Positions 1-10,737 of a DNA stretch of 64,000 nucleotides are shown piece after piece (the first letter of the stretch is position 1; each line of letters begins with the position of its first letter). The DNA is from Candidatus Dormibacteria bacterium (lineage in GTDB: Bacteria; Chloroflexota; Dormibacteria; Aeolococcales; Bog-877). The notes beneath the pieces are model-generated. The model did no database searches and was not told where the DNA came from. It saw nothing but the letters and a program-made list of their open reading frames with translations. The translations under genes and the position numbers were made by a program. The DNA lies in NCBI GenBank assembly GCA_049518775.1, contig JBEKRL010000002.1, forward strand, positions 19,689 to 83,688, read 5' to 3'.

Positions 1-1052
1 GCGAACTGGTCCAGCGCCACCCGCCGGGTCACGATCTGCTCCAGCACCCCGGGCCACTTTCTCTCCGCCGCTCCCAGCATCCGGGCCGCCGCCTCGAAGT
101 GGTGCCGGTTGGAGTTGACGGTCCCGAAGGTGAGCCTGTTGCCCAGCACCATGTCGAGGTTGAGAGAGTCGGCGTCGACAGTGACGGTGCGGCCCCCGGC
201 GGTGACCGAGCTGAGGCAGCAGATCCCGTTGGGGCCGGTCGCCGCCATCGCCTGCATCGCCACCGAAGAAGCTCCCGTGGCCTCGAAGACGAGGTCGAGC
301 TGGCCGAGGCGCCGGGGCAGGCTGGAGACCGGGTGCTGGTCGGCATCCAGAAGGTTCGCCCCCACCTCGGCGGCGATCCTGACCGCCGGCGAGGCGGGGA
401 CGAACTTGGCGACCACGCTGACCTCGAGGTCGCGCAAGCGCAGGAAGATGGCCGCCATCAGCCCCACCGCCCCGGCCCCGCAGACCAGGGCCTGCTGGGG
501 CTCCCACGGCATTCGCGCCCGCTGGATCTTGAAGCACTGCATCAGGCCCTTCTCCGCGATGCTGCTGGGCTCCATCAGCACCCCCACCCGGCGCAGGGCA
601 AAGGGGAGCGGGACCAGGTAGTCGCTGGATTCCAGGAAGCGCTCGGCCATGAAGCCGTCGCGGCCCTTGATCCCGCGCTCGGTGTAGTGCCCGGTGAGGC
701 AGTCGTCGCTCTGGCCGGCCGCGCAGGGCGCGCAGCGCTCTGGGCAGGGTCTGCGGACGGTGGCCACCACCAGCTGACCCGGGGCGAGACCACTCTCCCG
801 GGGGGCCCTGGCGACCCTCCCCAGGTTCTCATGGCCCAGGACCAGGCTGTCCCTGCCCTTGGGGGCCGCCCCGTAGCCCTCGTTGGCGATCTCCAGGTCG
901 GTCCCGCAGACCCCGACCTCGATCACCTCGACCTCAACCGGGTCGGCGGACCTGCCGTCCGCGTCCTCCACCATCCCGGCTCCCGAGGGCTCGGAGAGCT
1001 CCGCCAACCGGACGCTGCCCCTCCTGCCTGGCGTGGTGATCACTGCCCTCAT
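1..1052 (-). CDS. Zn-dependent medium-chain dehydrogenase (glucose 1-dehydrogenase / threonine-dehydrogenase-like), 3' end truncated by window edge
   Basis: My own translation of the minus strand starts with ATG at ~1050-1052. It reads MRAVITTPG...VGVCGTDLEI...GHE... (zinc-ADH catalytic region) and ends ...GTVNSNRHHFE... as in glucose-DH-type MDRs. It is absent from the ORF track because no stop falls inside the window. Confidence 0.6.
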   Translation of the reverse strand, partial: MRAVITTPGRRGSVRLAELSEPSGAGMVEDADGRSADPVEVEVIEVGVCGTDLEIANEGYGAAPKGRDSLVLGHENLGRVARAPRESGLAPGQLVVATVRRPCPERCAPCAAGQSDDCLTGHYTERGIKGRDGFMAERFLESSDYLVPLPFALRRVGVLMEPSSIAEKGLMQCFKIQRARMPWEPQQALVCGAGAVGLMAAIFLRLRDLEVSVVAKFVPASPAVRIAAEVGANLLDADQHPVSSLPRRLGQLDLVFEATGASSVAMQAMAATGPNGICCLSSVTAGGRTVTVDADSLNLDMVLGNRLTFGTVNSNRHHFEAAARMLGAAERKWPGVLEQIVTRRVALDQF

Positions 1053-1091
1053 CCGCTCCCTCCGCCGCCGCGACCCAAGATCACGTCGAGC

Positions 1092-2072
1092 CTATTGCGG
1101 CTGGTCAGGCAAGAGCGACAGGCCTCGAAGGTTGAGGGGCCCGCGGATGGCGAAGAAGACTCCGGCGCCCACCACGGTCACCGCGACCCGGTCGAAGGCC
1201 CGGTTGAGGACGGTGACGGCGGCCGCCACCGGGCTGGCCACTCCGAAGGCCACCATCAGGAAGGTCATCGAGCCCTCGTAGGCGCCTATGCCCCCAGGCA
1301 GGAGGCTGACCCCGCCGGCCAGGTGGGCCACCGCGTAGACGAAGGCGGCCTGGTAGACGCCCAGATCCACCCCCACACTGCGGACCGTGAAGTAGAACAT
1401 CGCGATGGCGATCACCGCGGCCACCGGGCCCAGGAGCGCGGGCCAGAGGGTGGCCGGGCGTCGGGCGATGAAGATCACGTCCCGGTGCAGGGACATGAGG
1501 TCGGCGGAGTAGCGCCGGATCAGGGGGATCCGGACCGCGAACCGCATCACCAGGCGGAATGCCCGGGGCCAGAGCAGCACGGTGAAGATGGCGAGGATCC
1601 CCAGCAGGGCGGTGACCACGGCCGCCTGGGCACCGGGGAACCTGCCCGCCCCGGGTAGCGCCGCCGCGATCAGGCCGATCGGATAGAGCAGCTCCTGGAC
1701 CACGACGGTGGCCGAGACCGCGCCCAGGTTGACCTTGGCGTGCTGCCGCAGGATCACGGCCCGGCCGAGCTCGCCCAGGGGCAGGACGGCTGTGGGCTGC
1801 CCGGCGAAGTAGATGAGGATGGTCTCCATGGCCCCGTGGTCGAGCTGGTTGGGCTTGAGGAACAGGTGCCACTGGTAGCCCTTGAGCGTGTAGTAACCCA
1901 GCGAGAGCAGCAGCACCACCGGCAGGTAGGCAAGGTGGAACCGGGCCAGGGCGGATCCCAGCTGGCTGGGGTGGACGTACTCGACAATGAAGCCCAGGAT
2001 GGCCAGGCTGATCAGCGCCGCCAGCATCCGACGGAGGCTGAGGAGGTGGCGCAGGCCGACTCGGGGTTTCAT
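1092..2072 (-). CDS. flippase-like / lysylphosphatidylglycerol-synthase TM-region-like (UPF0104) polytopic membrane protein
   Basis: Track ORF 1092..2237. A start at internal MKPRVGLRHLL (2072) gives a ~326-aa protein with multiple TM helices typical of this family; the upstream 55 codons are Arg/Gly-rich. Confidence 0.55.
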   Translation of the reverse strand: MKPRVGLRHLLSLRRMLAALISLAILGFIVEYVHPSQLGSALARFHLAYLPVVLLLSLGYYTLKGYQWHLFLKPNQLDHGAMETILIYFAGQPTAVLPLGELGRAVILRQHAKVNLGAVSATVVVQELLYPIGLIAAALPGAGRFPGAQAAVVTALLGILAIFTVLLWPRAFRLVMRFAVRIPLIRRYSADLMSLHRDVIFIARRPATLWPALLGPVAAVIAIAMFYFTVRSVGVDLGVYQAAFVYAVAHLAGGVSLLPGGIGAYEGSMTFLMVAFGVASPVAAAVTVLNRAFDRVAVTVVGAGVFFAIRGPLNLRGLSLLPDQPQ

Positions 2073-2214
2073 CTTCTGCTGGTGACAATAGCGGCCCCGG
2101 CGAACTTGACGGCGGCCGCCGCGCCGCCCTCCCAGCCCAGATCGGAAGCAGGCCGCTATACTCCGGGCAAATTGGTACGATGGAGCCGCGTATGTCCGTG
2201 GATCACCTGAACAG

Positions 2215-3210
2215 ATGGCCCCTCTCATAGAGATCAACGACCTCAGGACCTACATCCGGCAGCGCCGGACCGAGGTCCGAGCGGTCGACGGGGTCTCGCT
2301 CAGCATCGAGCAGGGGGAGACCCTCGGGCTGGTTGGCGAGTCCGGCTGCGGCAAGACCATGACCGGGATGTCGATCATCCAGCTGCTCCCCTCGGGCGGC
2401 TACATCGCCAGCGGCAGCATCAAGCTGGCCGGCAAGGAACTGGTGGGTATGCCCGAGGACCAGATGCGCCACATCCGCGGCAACGACGTAGCGGTGATCT
2501 TCCAGGATCCCATGACCTCCCTGAACCCGACCATGCAGGTCGGGAGCCAGATCGCCGAGGCGGTGCGGATCCACCGCCACGCCTCCAAGACGGAGGCCCT
2601 GCAGCGGGCCGAGGAGGTGCTCGGCCTGGTCGGGATGCCCCGGCCCAAAGAGCGACTCAAGGACTACCCCCACCAGCTCTCGGGCGGCCTGCGGCAGCGG
2701 GTCATGATCGCCATGGCGCTCTCCTGCGAGCCCAAGTTGCTGATCGCCGACGAGCCCACCACCGCCCTCGACGTCACCATCCAACTGCAGATCCTGGAGC
2801 TCCTCTACGAGCTCAAGCAGAGACTGAAGATGGCGGTGCTGCTGATCACTCACGACATGGGAGTCATCGCCGGCCGCGCCGACCGCGTCATGGTGATGTA
2901 CGCCGGCAAGATCGTCGAGTCGGCCCAGACGGTCGAGCTCTTCGACCACACCCGCCATCCCTACACCGAGGCCCTGCTGGCCTCGATTCCCCGCATGGAC
3001 CAGCGCGAGGACACCGCTCTCTACACCATCCCCGGCCTGCCCCCCGACCTCGCCAACCCTCCCGCCTGGTGCCGCTTCCAGCCCCGCTGCCGGTACGCCA
3101 CGGCGGTATGCGGGGAGCAGGAGCCGGAGTTGAAGGGTGACAGCCCGGAGCACGAATTCGCATGCTTTAACCCGGTTTCCGCCACCGTCCGGCGCGAGGG
3201 CGCGGCCTGA
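2215..3210 (+). CDS. oppD: oligopeptide/dipeptide ABC transporter ATP-binding protein (OppD/DppD-type)
   Basis: Walker [12 protein letters not shown] signature LSGGLRQR, and a C-terminal Opp-type Cys cluster. Confidence 0.9.
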   Translation: MAPLIEINDLRTYIRQRRTEVRAVDGVSLSIEQGETLGLVGESGCGKTMTGMSIIQLLPSGGYIASGSIKLAGKELVGMPEDQMRHIRGNDVAVIFQDPMTSLNPTMQVGSQIAEAVRIHRHASKTEALQRAEEVLGLVGMPRPKERLKDYPHQLSGGLRQRVMIAMALSCEPKLLIADEPTTALDVTIQLQILELLYELKQRLKMAVLLITHDMGVIAGRADRVMVMYAGKIVESAQTVELFDHTRHPYTEALLASIPRMDQREDTALYTIPGLPPDLANPPAWCRFQPRCRYATAVCGEQEPELKGDSPEHEFACFNPVSATVRREGAA

Positions 3211-3274
3211 TGGTGGCCCCCCTGCACCGCGGCCGCGGGGCCACCCATGGGAGGGGTCGGTGACAGCAGCTCCA

Positions 3275-4297
3275 ATGATTGAAGCCAAGGTGGCTAGCGC
3301 CAGCGGAACCGAGCCGTTGGTGGAGCTGCGCCACCTGGTCAAGGAGTTCCCGGTCACAGCAGGGGCGGTGCTGCAGCGGAAGATCGGCAGCATCAAGGCC
3401 GTCTCCGACGTCTCGTTCAGCATCGGCAAGGGCGAAACCTTCGGCCTGGTGGGTGAGTCCGGCTGCGGCAAGACCACCATCGGCCGCCTGGTGGTGGGGC
3501 TGGAGGAGCCCACCTCGGGCGAGATCCTCTTCGAGGGCCGGGACATCGCCCGGATGAAGGGATCGGCCCGACGGCGTCAGCGCCGCGACCTCCAGCTGAT
3601 CTTCCAGGACCCCTACGCCTCCCTGGACCCCAGGATGCGGGTCGGCACCATCGTCAAAGAGCCCTTGGTGGTGCAGAAGATCGGCAGTGGCGACGACCGC
3701 AACGCTCGGGTGCGCCAGCTCCTCATGGAGGTGGGTCTCAGTCCCAACGCCATCAGCTTCTACCCTCACGAGTTCTCAGGCGGGCAGCGCCAGCGCATCG
3801 GACTGGCGAGAGCCCTCAGCCTCAACCCCAAGCTGATCGTGGCGGACGAACCCGTCTCAGCCCTCGACGTGTCGATCCGCTCGCAGATCCTCAACCTCAT
3901 GAACAGCCTCCAGGCGACCCACGGGCTCACCTACCTGGTGATCTCCCATGACCTCTCCGTGGTCAAGTACCTCTCCGACCGGATCGCGGTCATGTACCTG
4001 GGCAAGCTGGTCGAGGTCGGGCCCAGCCAGACGATCTACTCTCAGCCGGCCCACCCCTACACCCTGGGGCTGATCAACGCCATCCCCGAGCCGGACCCGA
4101 AGCGCGAGCGCGCCAAGCAGGTCAATCCGCTTCGGGGTGAGCTCCCCTCGGCCCTGCACCCACCCTCCGGCTGCCGCTTCCGGACCCGCTGCCCCAAGGT
4201 CCAGGCGATCTGCGCCGAGACCGAGCCGCCCCTCCAGCCCTTCGGGCCCCGGCACTTCGCGGCCTGCCACTTCCCGCTCCAGACGCCGAGCGCCTGA
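3275..4297 (+). CDS. oppF: oligopeptide/dipeptide ABC transporter ATP-binding protein (OppF/DppF-type)
   Basis: [17 protein letters not shown], and a C-terminal CRFRTRCP motif. I chose the ATG at 3275 (MIEAKV...); a GTG at ~3260 after GGGAGGGG is an alternative. The track ORF starts at 3137. Confidence 0.9.
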   Translation: MIEAKVASASGTEPLVELRHLVKEFPVTAGAVLQRKIGSIKAVSDVSFSIGKGETFGLVGESGCGKTTIGRLVVGLEEPTSGEILFEGRDIARMKGSARRRQRRDLQLIFQDPYASLDPRMRVGTIVKEPLVVQKIGSGDDRNARVRQLLMEVGLSPNAISFYPHEFSGGQRQRIGLARALSLNPKLIVADEPVSALDVSIRSQILNLMNSLQATHGLTYLVISHDLSVVKYLSDRIAVMYLGKLVEVGPSQTIYSQPAHPYTLGLINAIPEPDPKRERAKQVNPLRGELPSALHPPSGCRFRTRCPKVQAICAETEPPLQPFGPRHFAACHFPLQTPSA

Positions 4298-4581
4298 ACC
4301 CGCGGGCCGGCTCGGGCGCAGCCTGAGCCCCGCCGCTCCGGGGGCCGCCCAGCACGATTGCTGGTCGTTGACGCGTCAGCACCGGCTCCGCGCCCCGGGT
4401 GCCGAGCCCGCACCCATCCCCAGCTGACGATCCGGCTCCTGGGCCAGGGTCGGTCGCCGGCGAGCCTGCCAGCCCACGTGTCCAGCAGCGCGGAGGGAGG
4501 TTGGGACCCCCGGCTCCTCTCTCCGGACTGCAGGGGCAGGCCGTCCGACCTCGCTGGGCCGCCAGCTGGGCCGAGCACCAA

Positions 4582-4609
4582 GCGAGGCCCGGCTTTCGCC
4601 GGGCCTCGC
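4582..4609. terminator. bidirectional stem-loop between convergent oppF and the SBP gene (GCGAGGCCCGGC-tttc-GCCGGGCCTCGC)
   Basis: Perfect 12-bp inverted repeat with a 4-nt loop in the convergent intergenic region; the T-tract on the + side is short. Confidence 0.45.
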
Positions 4610-4632
4610 GTCGGTCGGATTTAGGTCCTTGG

Positions 4633-6531
4633 TTAGGAGACCCGGTAGTTCTCGGGATAGAGCTCGTCGAAGACTCCCTGCGGCGCCAGGCCACTCAGCT
4701 TGGTGCTGTAGATGGTCAGTGCCTGGGGAGCATTCGGCATCCAGACCACCGGGAGCTGCTCCGCGAGGTAGTTCTCGTACTTGTCGATCGCCGCGATCTC
4801 AGCCGCCGGCGTCGGAGCCTTGGTGGTGGCCGTGATCAGAGCGTTGGCTTCCGCGCTGTAGTAGTTGCCGGTGTTGGAGCTGGCTCCGGTCTCCCAGAGC
4901 TCCTCGCCGGTGGGCAGGTAGTCGGGCGAGTAGACCCAGCCGCCGCCCCAGAAGTCCAGGTCCCAGGCGTAGCCGGGAGTGTAGGCGTTGGTGATGACAT
5001 CGCCGAAAGTCTCGGGAGTCTTCACGACGGCATCGATGCCAGCCTCCTGCTTCCAGTCGGAAACCAAGGTGGTCATCTCGTCGGTGAACACGGGGCCGTT
5101 GACGATGTAGAGGAACTGGAACTGGAGCTTCTCGTTCTTGGTGATCCCAGCGCCGCACTCACCCGAGCCCGTGCCCGGGTTGGAGCAGTAGCTGGTGCCG
5201 CCCTTCACGACCGTCCACCCATTGTCCTTGAGCAGCGAGGCTGCCTTGGCCGGGTCGTAGGGGTAGACGCCGCTCTTGGAAGCCTCGAGCTTGCTGAGGA
5301 ACGGGTTCTCCTTGGTGCTGGACGGGTAGGTCGGCACCGGCCCGTTGTTGACCGAGCCAATCCCACCCGTGTAGTAGTCCTTGATGATCTGCTTCTGGTT
5401 GACCAAGGACTGCATCGCCTGGCGAATGTAGAGCTGCTTGAAGAGCGGCCCAACCTGAGCGTTGCTGAAGTCGTAGGGCATGTAGTTGGTCGAGTAGATG
5501 TTCCAGGTGTTCTCCTGGAAGCCGTTGTGCTCCAGGGTCTTCAGCTGGGACCAGTCCTCCTGGGGGATGTAGCCGATCGTCAGGTCTCCGGCCTTGAGCT
5601 CGTTGAACTCAGACTCGGGGCTGGTGAAGGGCATCTCCTCGAAGGCCTTGATATCGGGCTTGACCGGACCTGAGTAGCGGGTGTTGGGCACCAGCTTGAG
5701 GTAACCGGAGATGTTGTACTGCGCGACCTTGAAGGGGCCGCTCACCACCTGCCACATCGGGTTGGTGGCGAAGGTGGTGCCGTCCTGGGACTCGGTGTTG
5801 ATGTACTGGGCCACTGCCAGGGCGCCGGTGGTGGCCGTCCCGGGCACGGTCTCGTCGTAGTTGCCGACCGGGGTGCTGGCCGAAGTCCGGTCCCAAGAGT
5901 GCTGCGGCATGGGGGTGATCTGGCTCAGCTCGTTGTAGGTGAACCAGGTCGGGTTGTAGGACGCGTTGAGCTGGATCACCACGCTGTAGGTGCCGGTCGC
6001 GGTGTAGCTAACGACGTTGTCCGGGAACAGCCCGGCCACGTAGGCGCCCCACCCGGGGCCAGGTGCACTGGAGTTGCCGATGCTGGCGGCCGCGGGACTG
6101 ACCACAGCCTTGAGGAGGTTGAGCCAGAAGATCACGTCCCGGGAGGTGATCGGCTGACCGTCAGACCAGATCCAGTGCTTCATGTTGATGGTGACGGTCT
6201 TGTTGTCGTTGCTGTACACCGGAGCCTCGGCCAGGCTCAGGCTGGGGTTCAGGACCGGCTTGCCGTTATTCCCGAACCAGTAGAGCGGCCGGTAGATCAT
6301 CATCGAGAAGTAGTCGAGGTTGGTGGTGCTGAAGTAGCTGGCAGACACCAACGGGGAGATGTAACTGGGAGTGGCGGCGGGTGCCTCGGCCCAGGTCACG
6401 ATCTTGCTCGAGGAGCCGGAGGAGGAGGAGGCGCTGGCGGTCAGGGCCCCCGAGCTCAGACCCACGACTGAGAGCGTGACCAGGGCGGCCAGCCCCGCCG
6501 TTCGCCAGAGCGGGAATGCGGAAATCTTTCT
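4633..6531 (-). CDS. ABC transporter substrate-binding protein, family 5 (peptide/nickel) - paralog 1
   Basis: 632-647 aa with a signal peptide without Cys (LSSGALTASA). About 70% aa identity to 8851..10737. The GTG start at 6531 is inferred by homology with paralog 2; the track ORF extends to an ATG at 6576. Confidence 0.85.
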   Translation of the reverse strand, partial: RKISAFPLWRTAGLAALVTLSVVGLSSGALTASASSSSGSSSKIVTWAEAPAATPSYISPLVSASYFSTTNLDYFSMMIYRPLYWFGNNGKPVLNPSLSLAEAPVYSNDNKTVTINMKHWIWSDGQPITSRDVIFWLNLLKAVVSPAAASIGNSSAPGPGWGAYVAGLFPDNVVSYTATGTYSVVIQLNASYNPTWFTYNELSQITPMPQHSWDRTSASTPVGNYDETVPGTATTGALAVAQYINTESQDGTTFATNPMWQVVSGPFKVAQYNISGYLKLVPNTRYSGPVKPDIKAFEEMPFTSPESEFNELKAGDLTIGYIPQEDWSQLKTLEHNGFQENTWNIYSTNYMPYDFSNAQVGPLFKQLYIRQAMQSLVNQKQIIKDYYTGGIGSVNNGPVPTYPSSTKENPFLSKLEASKSGVYPYDPAKAASLLKDNGWTVVKGGTSYCSNPGTGSGECGAGITKNEKLQFQFLYIVNGPVFTDEMTTLVSDWKQEAGIDAVVKTPETFGDVITNAYTPGYAWDLDFWGGGWVYSPDYLPTGEELWETGASSNTGNYYSAEANALITATTKAPTPAAEIAAIDKYENYLAEQLPVVWMPNAPQALTIYSTKLSGLAPQGVFDELYPENYRVS

Positions 6532-6600
6532 CACTATTGTCTTGAACCTCCATTGCCGCGGTCCAAACTCGGACATGTTGGGCGGCTAGCCACCGCTCCA
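6532..6600 (-). promoter_or_regulatory. conserved leader shared by both SBP paralogs (..GTCCGAGTT..GGxAATGGAGGTTCAAGACAAyAGTGAGAArGATTTC)
   Basis: About 60 nt immediately upstream of, and overlapping, the start are nearly identical at 6532-6600 and 10738-10805. It includes GGAGG 12 nt before the GTG start. Confidence 0.5.
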
Positions 6601-6826
6601 CCTGTGCCCGCACGGTTGCTGTCATCTTAGGGCCGGTGGCGATCTCCCACCATCCCCCGCTGGGGTGATTCTTGGCTGTCCCAGCCACCCGGACCCAGAT
6701 CCGGACCCCTTGCCCCTGGGGCAACGGCATCCCCGGTCCCGCTGAACCCCCGCTCAGTGAGCTGGGGGTCCGTCGCCGAAGGCCTCGGCGGGCCGCTTCC
6801 CTCCGGGGGCCAAGCGCCGCTCGGTC

Positions 6827-7759
6827 CTAGCGCCGCTGGAGCCGGACCTCGAGGGCGTCCCGGAGGGCGTCCCCGACGAAGTTGAAGGCCATGACGATGA
6901 GCACGATGCATATCCCGGCCGGGTAGATCAGCCACCAGTAACCCGCGTAGACATAGGCGATCCCGTTGGAGAGCTGAAGGCCCCAGTTGGTGGCCGGCGG
7001 CGCAATCCCGAACCCGAGGAAGCTGAGGGTGGCCACCGCGACGATGGCGTCCGCCACCTGGAAGGTCACGTTCACCACGATCACTCCGATGGAGTTGGGG
7101 ATGATGTGACGGAGGAGCACCCGTCGCTGGCTGCCCCCCATGACCCGCACGGCCTGCACAAACTCCCGGGTCCGGAGGGTCAGCGTCTCTCCGCGTACCA
7201 GACGGGCCGGGCCCAGCCAGGACACGAAGGCGATGGCGATGATTATCTCGGGGACGGAGACCGAGAAAATCGTCCCCAGGAGGATCAGCAGCAGCAGGAA
7301 GGGGATCGCCAGCAGGGAGTCGACGATTCTCATCATCACCGCATCGATGAGGCCACCGGCGAGTCCTGCAGCGGCCCCCCAGATGACACCGATACACACC
7401 CCCAGGATTGCGGCCGCCAGCCCCACCTCCAGCGAGGTCTGACCACCTAGCATCAGTCGGCCGAGATTGTCGAACCCGGTGTCATCGGTGCCCAGAAGGT
7501 GGGCCAGACTGGGTCCCTGATCCTTGATGTTGGGGTTGGTAAACGCCTGCTGGGTGTGGTAGAGCAGAGGCCCCACAAACGAGAAGAGAACGAAGAAGAC
7601 GATCAGCCCCAGCCCGATGATGGCCAGCTTGTTCTCCATGAAGACCGCCAGGGTCATCCGCCAGATGCTGGCGCCCTGGTAGGCCTCGCCCCCCTCGGGA
7701 GTGGTGACCGGGAGGTCGTCTGGCGTGGCGTCGAGCCCCGCGCCGAATCCCACGCTCAT
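6827..7759 (-). CDS. oppC: oligopeptide ABC transporter permease (OppC/DppC-type)
   Basis: 6-TM BPD_transp_1 permease with an N-terminal OppC_N-like region. Confidence 0.9.
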   Translation of the reverse strand: MSVGFGAGLDATPDDLPVTTPEGGEAYQGASIWRMTLAVFMENKLAIIGLGLIVFFVLFSFVGPLLYHTQQAFTNPNIKDQGPSLAHLLGTDDTGFDNLGRLMLGGQTSLEVGLAAAILGVCIGVIWGAAAGLAGGLIDAVMMRIVDSLLAIPFLLLLILLGTIFSVSVPEIIIAIAFVSWLGPARLVRGETLTLRTREFVQAVRVMGGSQRRVLLRHIIPNSIGVIVVNVTFQVADAIVAVATLSFLGFGIAPPATNWGLQLSNGIAYVYAGYWWLIYPAGICIVLIVMAFNFVGDALRDALEVRLQRR

Positions 7760-7806
7760 CTCAGATGAAGCTCCGGGGATGTGCCGGGCCCGTTGCCCAG
7801 GCCAGC

Positions 7807-8748
7807 TCAGACATAGCGAATCCTCGGGTCAGCGACCGCGTAGAGGATGTCGGCCACCAGCGATCCCAGGACGGTGGCAATCGCAATCACCAGGGTCACG
7901 CCGAGGAGAACCGGGAAGTCGTCATTCTGGGCGGAGAGGAAGAAGAGGTACCCCATGCCCGGGTAGTTGAAGACGGTCTCGGTCACCACCGCCCCGGCGA
8001 CGACCCCCGGGATGCTCAGGCCGACCAGGGTCAACACCGGGATCAGGGCGTTGCGCAAGACGTGCCTGAAGAGGACCCGTCGATTGGAGACACCCTTGGA
8101 CTTGGCGGTCCGCACATAGTCCTGAACCAGGTTGTCCAGCATCGAGCTCCGCATGTACCTGCTGAACAGGGCCAAGGTCACCAGGGTCAGGGTCGCCACC
8201 GGCAGAATCAGCGCGTTGAGCTGTGAGAACAGGCTCGCCGAGGCCTGGGGGGCCTCCGGAGGAAGCCAGCCCAGGGTGGCGCTGAAGATGATGATCAGGA
8301 TGATGCCGAGCCAGAAGGTGGGCATGGAGTAGAAGATGAAGGCCAGCCCGGTCAGGGTGTAGTCGTCCGGCCTGTTGCGCCGGACCGCCTGGAACATCCC
8401 CAAGGGGATGGCCAGCACCAGCGCCAGCACCAGCGAGCTGCCGACCAGCAGCAGCGAGTTCGGGATCCGCGCCGCCAGCAGCGAGGAGACCGTCGCCGTC
8501 TGCCGGTAGGAGAACCCCAGGTTGAAGTGGGCGAGGTTCCAGAGCCAGAGCAGGTACTGCACCGGCAGTGGCTTGTTGAGGCCCAACTGCCGGGTCAGCG
8601 AGGCGACATCGGCCTTGCTGGCCCTCGGGCCCAGAATGGCCCGGACCGGGTTGCCGGGCAGCATGTGGAGAAGGATGAAGGTGATGATCGTCACGCCGAT
8701 GATCACCACCAGCGCCTGAAGGACCCGCCGGATGAGGTAGCCGATCAT
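7807..8748 (-). CDS. oppB: oligopeptide ABC transporter permease (OppB/DppB-type)
   Basis: MIGYLIRRVLQALVVIIGVTIITF... is a canonical OppB/DppB N-terminus. Confidence 0.9.
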   Translation of the reverse strand: MIGYLIRRVLQALVVIIGVTIITFILLHMLPGNPVRAILGPRASKADVASLTRQLGLNKPLPVQYLLWLWNLAHFNLGFSYRQTATVSSLLAARIPNSLLLVGSSLVLALVLAIPLGMFQAVRRNRPDDYTLTGLAFIFYSMPTFWLGIILIIIFSATLGWLPPEAPQASASLFSQLNALILPVATLTLVTLALFSRYMRSSMLDNLVQDYVRTAKSKGVSNRRVLFRHVLRNALIPVLTLVGLSIPGVVAGAVVTETVFNYPGMGYLFFLSAQNDDFPVLLGVTLVIAIATVLGSLVADILYAVADPRIRYV

Positions 8749-8850
8749 CTCAGTTCACCCTAACGTCATCGATCCTACCGCCGGCCGATTCAGTTGGCAA
8801 GCGGGGCCCAGCTGACGCCGGGCCCCGCGTCGTTCCCGTCGAGCTGCCGC

Positions 8851-10737
8851 TTAGGAGATTCGGTATACCTCGGGATAGAGCTCATCGAAGATTCCCTGGG
8901 GCACGAGACCGGCCAGCTTGCGGCTGTAGAGGGTCAGGGCCTGGGGCGCGTTCGGCATCCAGAGCACCGGAAGCTGCTCCGCCAGGTAGTTCTCATACTT
9001 GTCGATCGCCTTGATCTCCGCCACCGGGTTCGGTGCCGTGGTGGTGGCCTTGATCAGAGCGTTGGCCTCCGCGCTGTCGTAGTTGCCACTGTTGGAGCTG
9101 GCCCCGTACTCCCAGAGCTCTTCGCCGGTGGGCAGGTAGTCCGGAGCATAGATCCAGCCAGCCCCCCAGTTGTCCAGCTCCCAAGCGTTGCCGGGAGTGT
9201 AGGCGTTGGTGACCACGTCGGCGAAGGTCTCCGGGGTCCTCACGGTGGCCTCGATGCCAGCCTGCTGCTTCCAACCGGAAACCAGGGTGGTCATCTCATC
9301 GGTGAAGACGGGACCGAGGGAGGCGTAGAGGAAGGTGAACTGGAGCTTCTCTCCCTGGGTGATCCCTGCGCCGCACTCACCCGAGCCGGTGCCGGGCTTG
9401 GAGCAGTAGCTGGCGCCGCCCTTGACGACCGTCCACCCGTTGTCCTTGAGCAGCGAGGCTGCCTTGGCCGGGTCGTAGGGGTAGACGCCGTTCTGGTTGG
9501 CCTCGAACTTGGTGAGGAAGGGGTTGTCCGAGGTGTTCGGTACCGGCCCGTTGTTGACCTTGCCAGTCCCGCCCGCGTAGTAGTCCTTGATGATCTGCTT
9601 CTGGTCCACCAAGGACTGGATCGCCTGGCGGATGTAGAGCTGCTTGAACAGCGGACCCGCCTGAGCGTTGCTGAAGTCGTAGGGCATGTAGTTGGTCGAG
9701 TAGATGTCCCAGTAGTTGGCCTTGTAGCCGCTGCGCTCCAGGGTCTTCAGCTGCGCGTAGTCCTCCTGGGGCAGGTAGCCGATCGTCAGGTCTCCCGCCT
9801 TGAGCTCGTTGAACTCAGACTCGGGGCTGGTGAAGGGCATCTCCTCGAAGGCCTTGATGTCGGGCTTGACCGGACCCGAGTAGCGGGTGTTGGGGACCAA
9901 CTTGACATAGCCGGAGATGTTGTACTGGGAGATCTTGAAGGGACCGCTCACCACCTGCCACATCGGGTTGGTGGCGTAGGTGGTGGTGTTCTGGGACTCG
10001 GAGTTGATGTACTGGGCCACCGCCAGCGCGCCAGTGGTGGCCGTCCCGGGCACGGTCTCGTCGTAGTTGCCAATCGGGCTGCTGGCCGAGGTCCGGTCCC
10101 AAGAGTGCTGCGGGATGGGGGTGATCTGGCTGAGCTCGTTGTAGGTGAACCAGGTCGGGTTGTAGGACGCGTTGAGCTGCATCACCACGGTGTAGGTACC
10201 GGTGACGCTGTAGCTCACGACGTTGTCCGGGAACAGGCCCGGCACGTAGGCCCCCCAGCTGGGCCCAGGTGCATTGGAGTTGCCGATGTTGCTGGCCGCG
10301 GGACTGACCGACGCCTTGAGGACGTTCATCCAGAAGACGACATCCCGGGCCGTGATCGGCTGGCCGTCGGACCAGACCCAGTGCTTCATGTTGATGGTGA
10401 CGGTCTTGTTGTCGTTGCTGTACACCGGAGCTGCGGCCAGGCTCAGGCTCGCATTCAGGACCGGCTTGCCGTTATCCCCGAACCAGTAGAGAGGCCTGTA
10501 GATGATCTCCGAGAACTGGGAGAGGTTGCTGGTGGTGAAGTAGGTGGCTCCCGTGACCGGCGAGATGTAGTTGGGGCCGGAGTTAGGGGCCTCGGCCCAG
10601 GTCACGATCTTGCTCGAAGAGGTGGACGTGGCGGCATTGGCGGTCAGAGCCCCGGAGCCCAGACCCACCACGGAGAGGACGACCAAGCTGGCCAGCCCCG
10701 CCGTTCGCCAGAGCGGGAGAGTCGAAATCCTTCTCAC
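8851..10737 (-). CDS. ABC transporter substrate-binding protein, family 5 (peptide/nickel) - paralog 2
   Basis: GTG start 10737 per track (MRRISTLPLWRTAG...); a TAA lies 21 nt upstream in frame. Paralog of 4633..6531. Confidence 0.85.
   Translation of the reverse strand: MRRISTLPLWRTAGLASLVVLSVVGLGSGALTANAATSTSSSKIVTWAEAPNSGPNYISPVTGATYFTTSNLSQFSEIIYRPLYWFGDNGKPVLNASLSLAAAPVYSNDNKTVTINMKHWVWSDGQPITARDVVFWMNVLKASVSPAASNIGNSNAPGPSWGAYVPGLFPDNVVSYSVTGTYTVVMQLNASYNPTWFTYNELSQITPIPQHSWDRTSASSPIGNYDETVPGTATTGALAVAQYINSESQNTTTYATNPMWQVVSGPFKISQYNISGYVKLVPNTRYSGPVKPDIKAFEEMPFTSPESEFNELKAGDLTIGYLPQEDYAQLKTLERSGYKANYWDIYSTNYMPYDFSNAQAGPLFKQLYIRQAIQSLVDQKQIIKDYYAGGTGKVNNGPVPNTSDNPFLTKFEANQNGVYPYDPAKAASLLKDNGWTVVKGGASYCSKPGTGSGECGAGITQGEKLQFTFLYASLGPVFTDEMTTLVSGWKQQAGIEATVRTPETFADVVTNAYTPGNAWELDNWGAGWIYAPDYLPTGEELWEYGASSNSGNYDSAEANALIKATTTAPNPVAEIKAIDKYENYLAEQLPVLWMPNAPQALTLYSRKLAGLVPQGIFDELYPEVYRIS

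Noticed and set aside
99-1658. 519-aa + strand ORF (and 109..621, 883..1281)
   Set aside because: Antisense to the dehydrogenase and flippase-like genes. Arg/Gly/Asp/Pro-rich translation typical of the non-coding frame of high-GC DNA, with no domain-like segments.
2073-2214. Candidate sigma-70 promoter (TTGACG … TATACT) for oppD
   Set aside because: Hexamers are ~45 nt apart, incompatible with a single promoter; no confident promoter call made.
4399-5673. Long + strand ORFs antisense to SBP1, SBP2, the large HK and the tail-anchored ORF region (also 8794..10872, 11732..14101, 39429..40658)
   Set aside because: Mirror-frame artefacts of real minus-strand genes; no motifs; composition bias.
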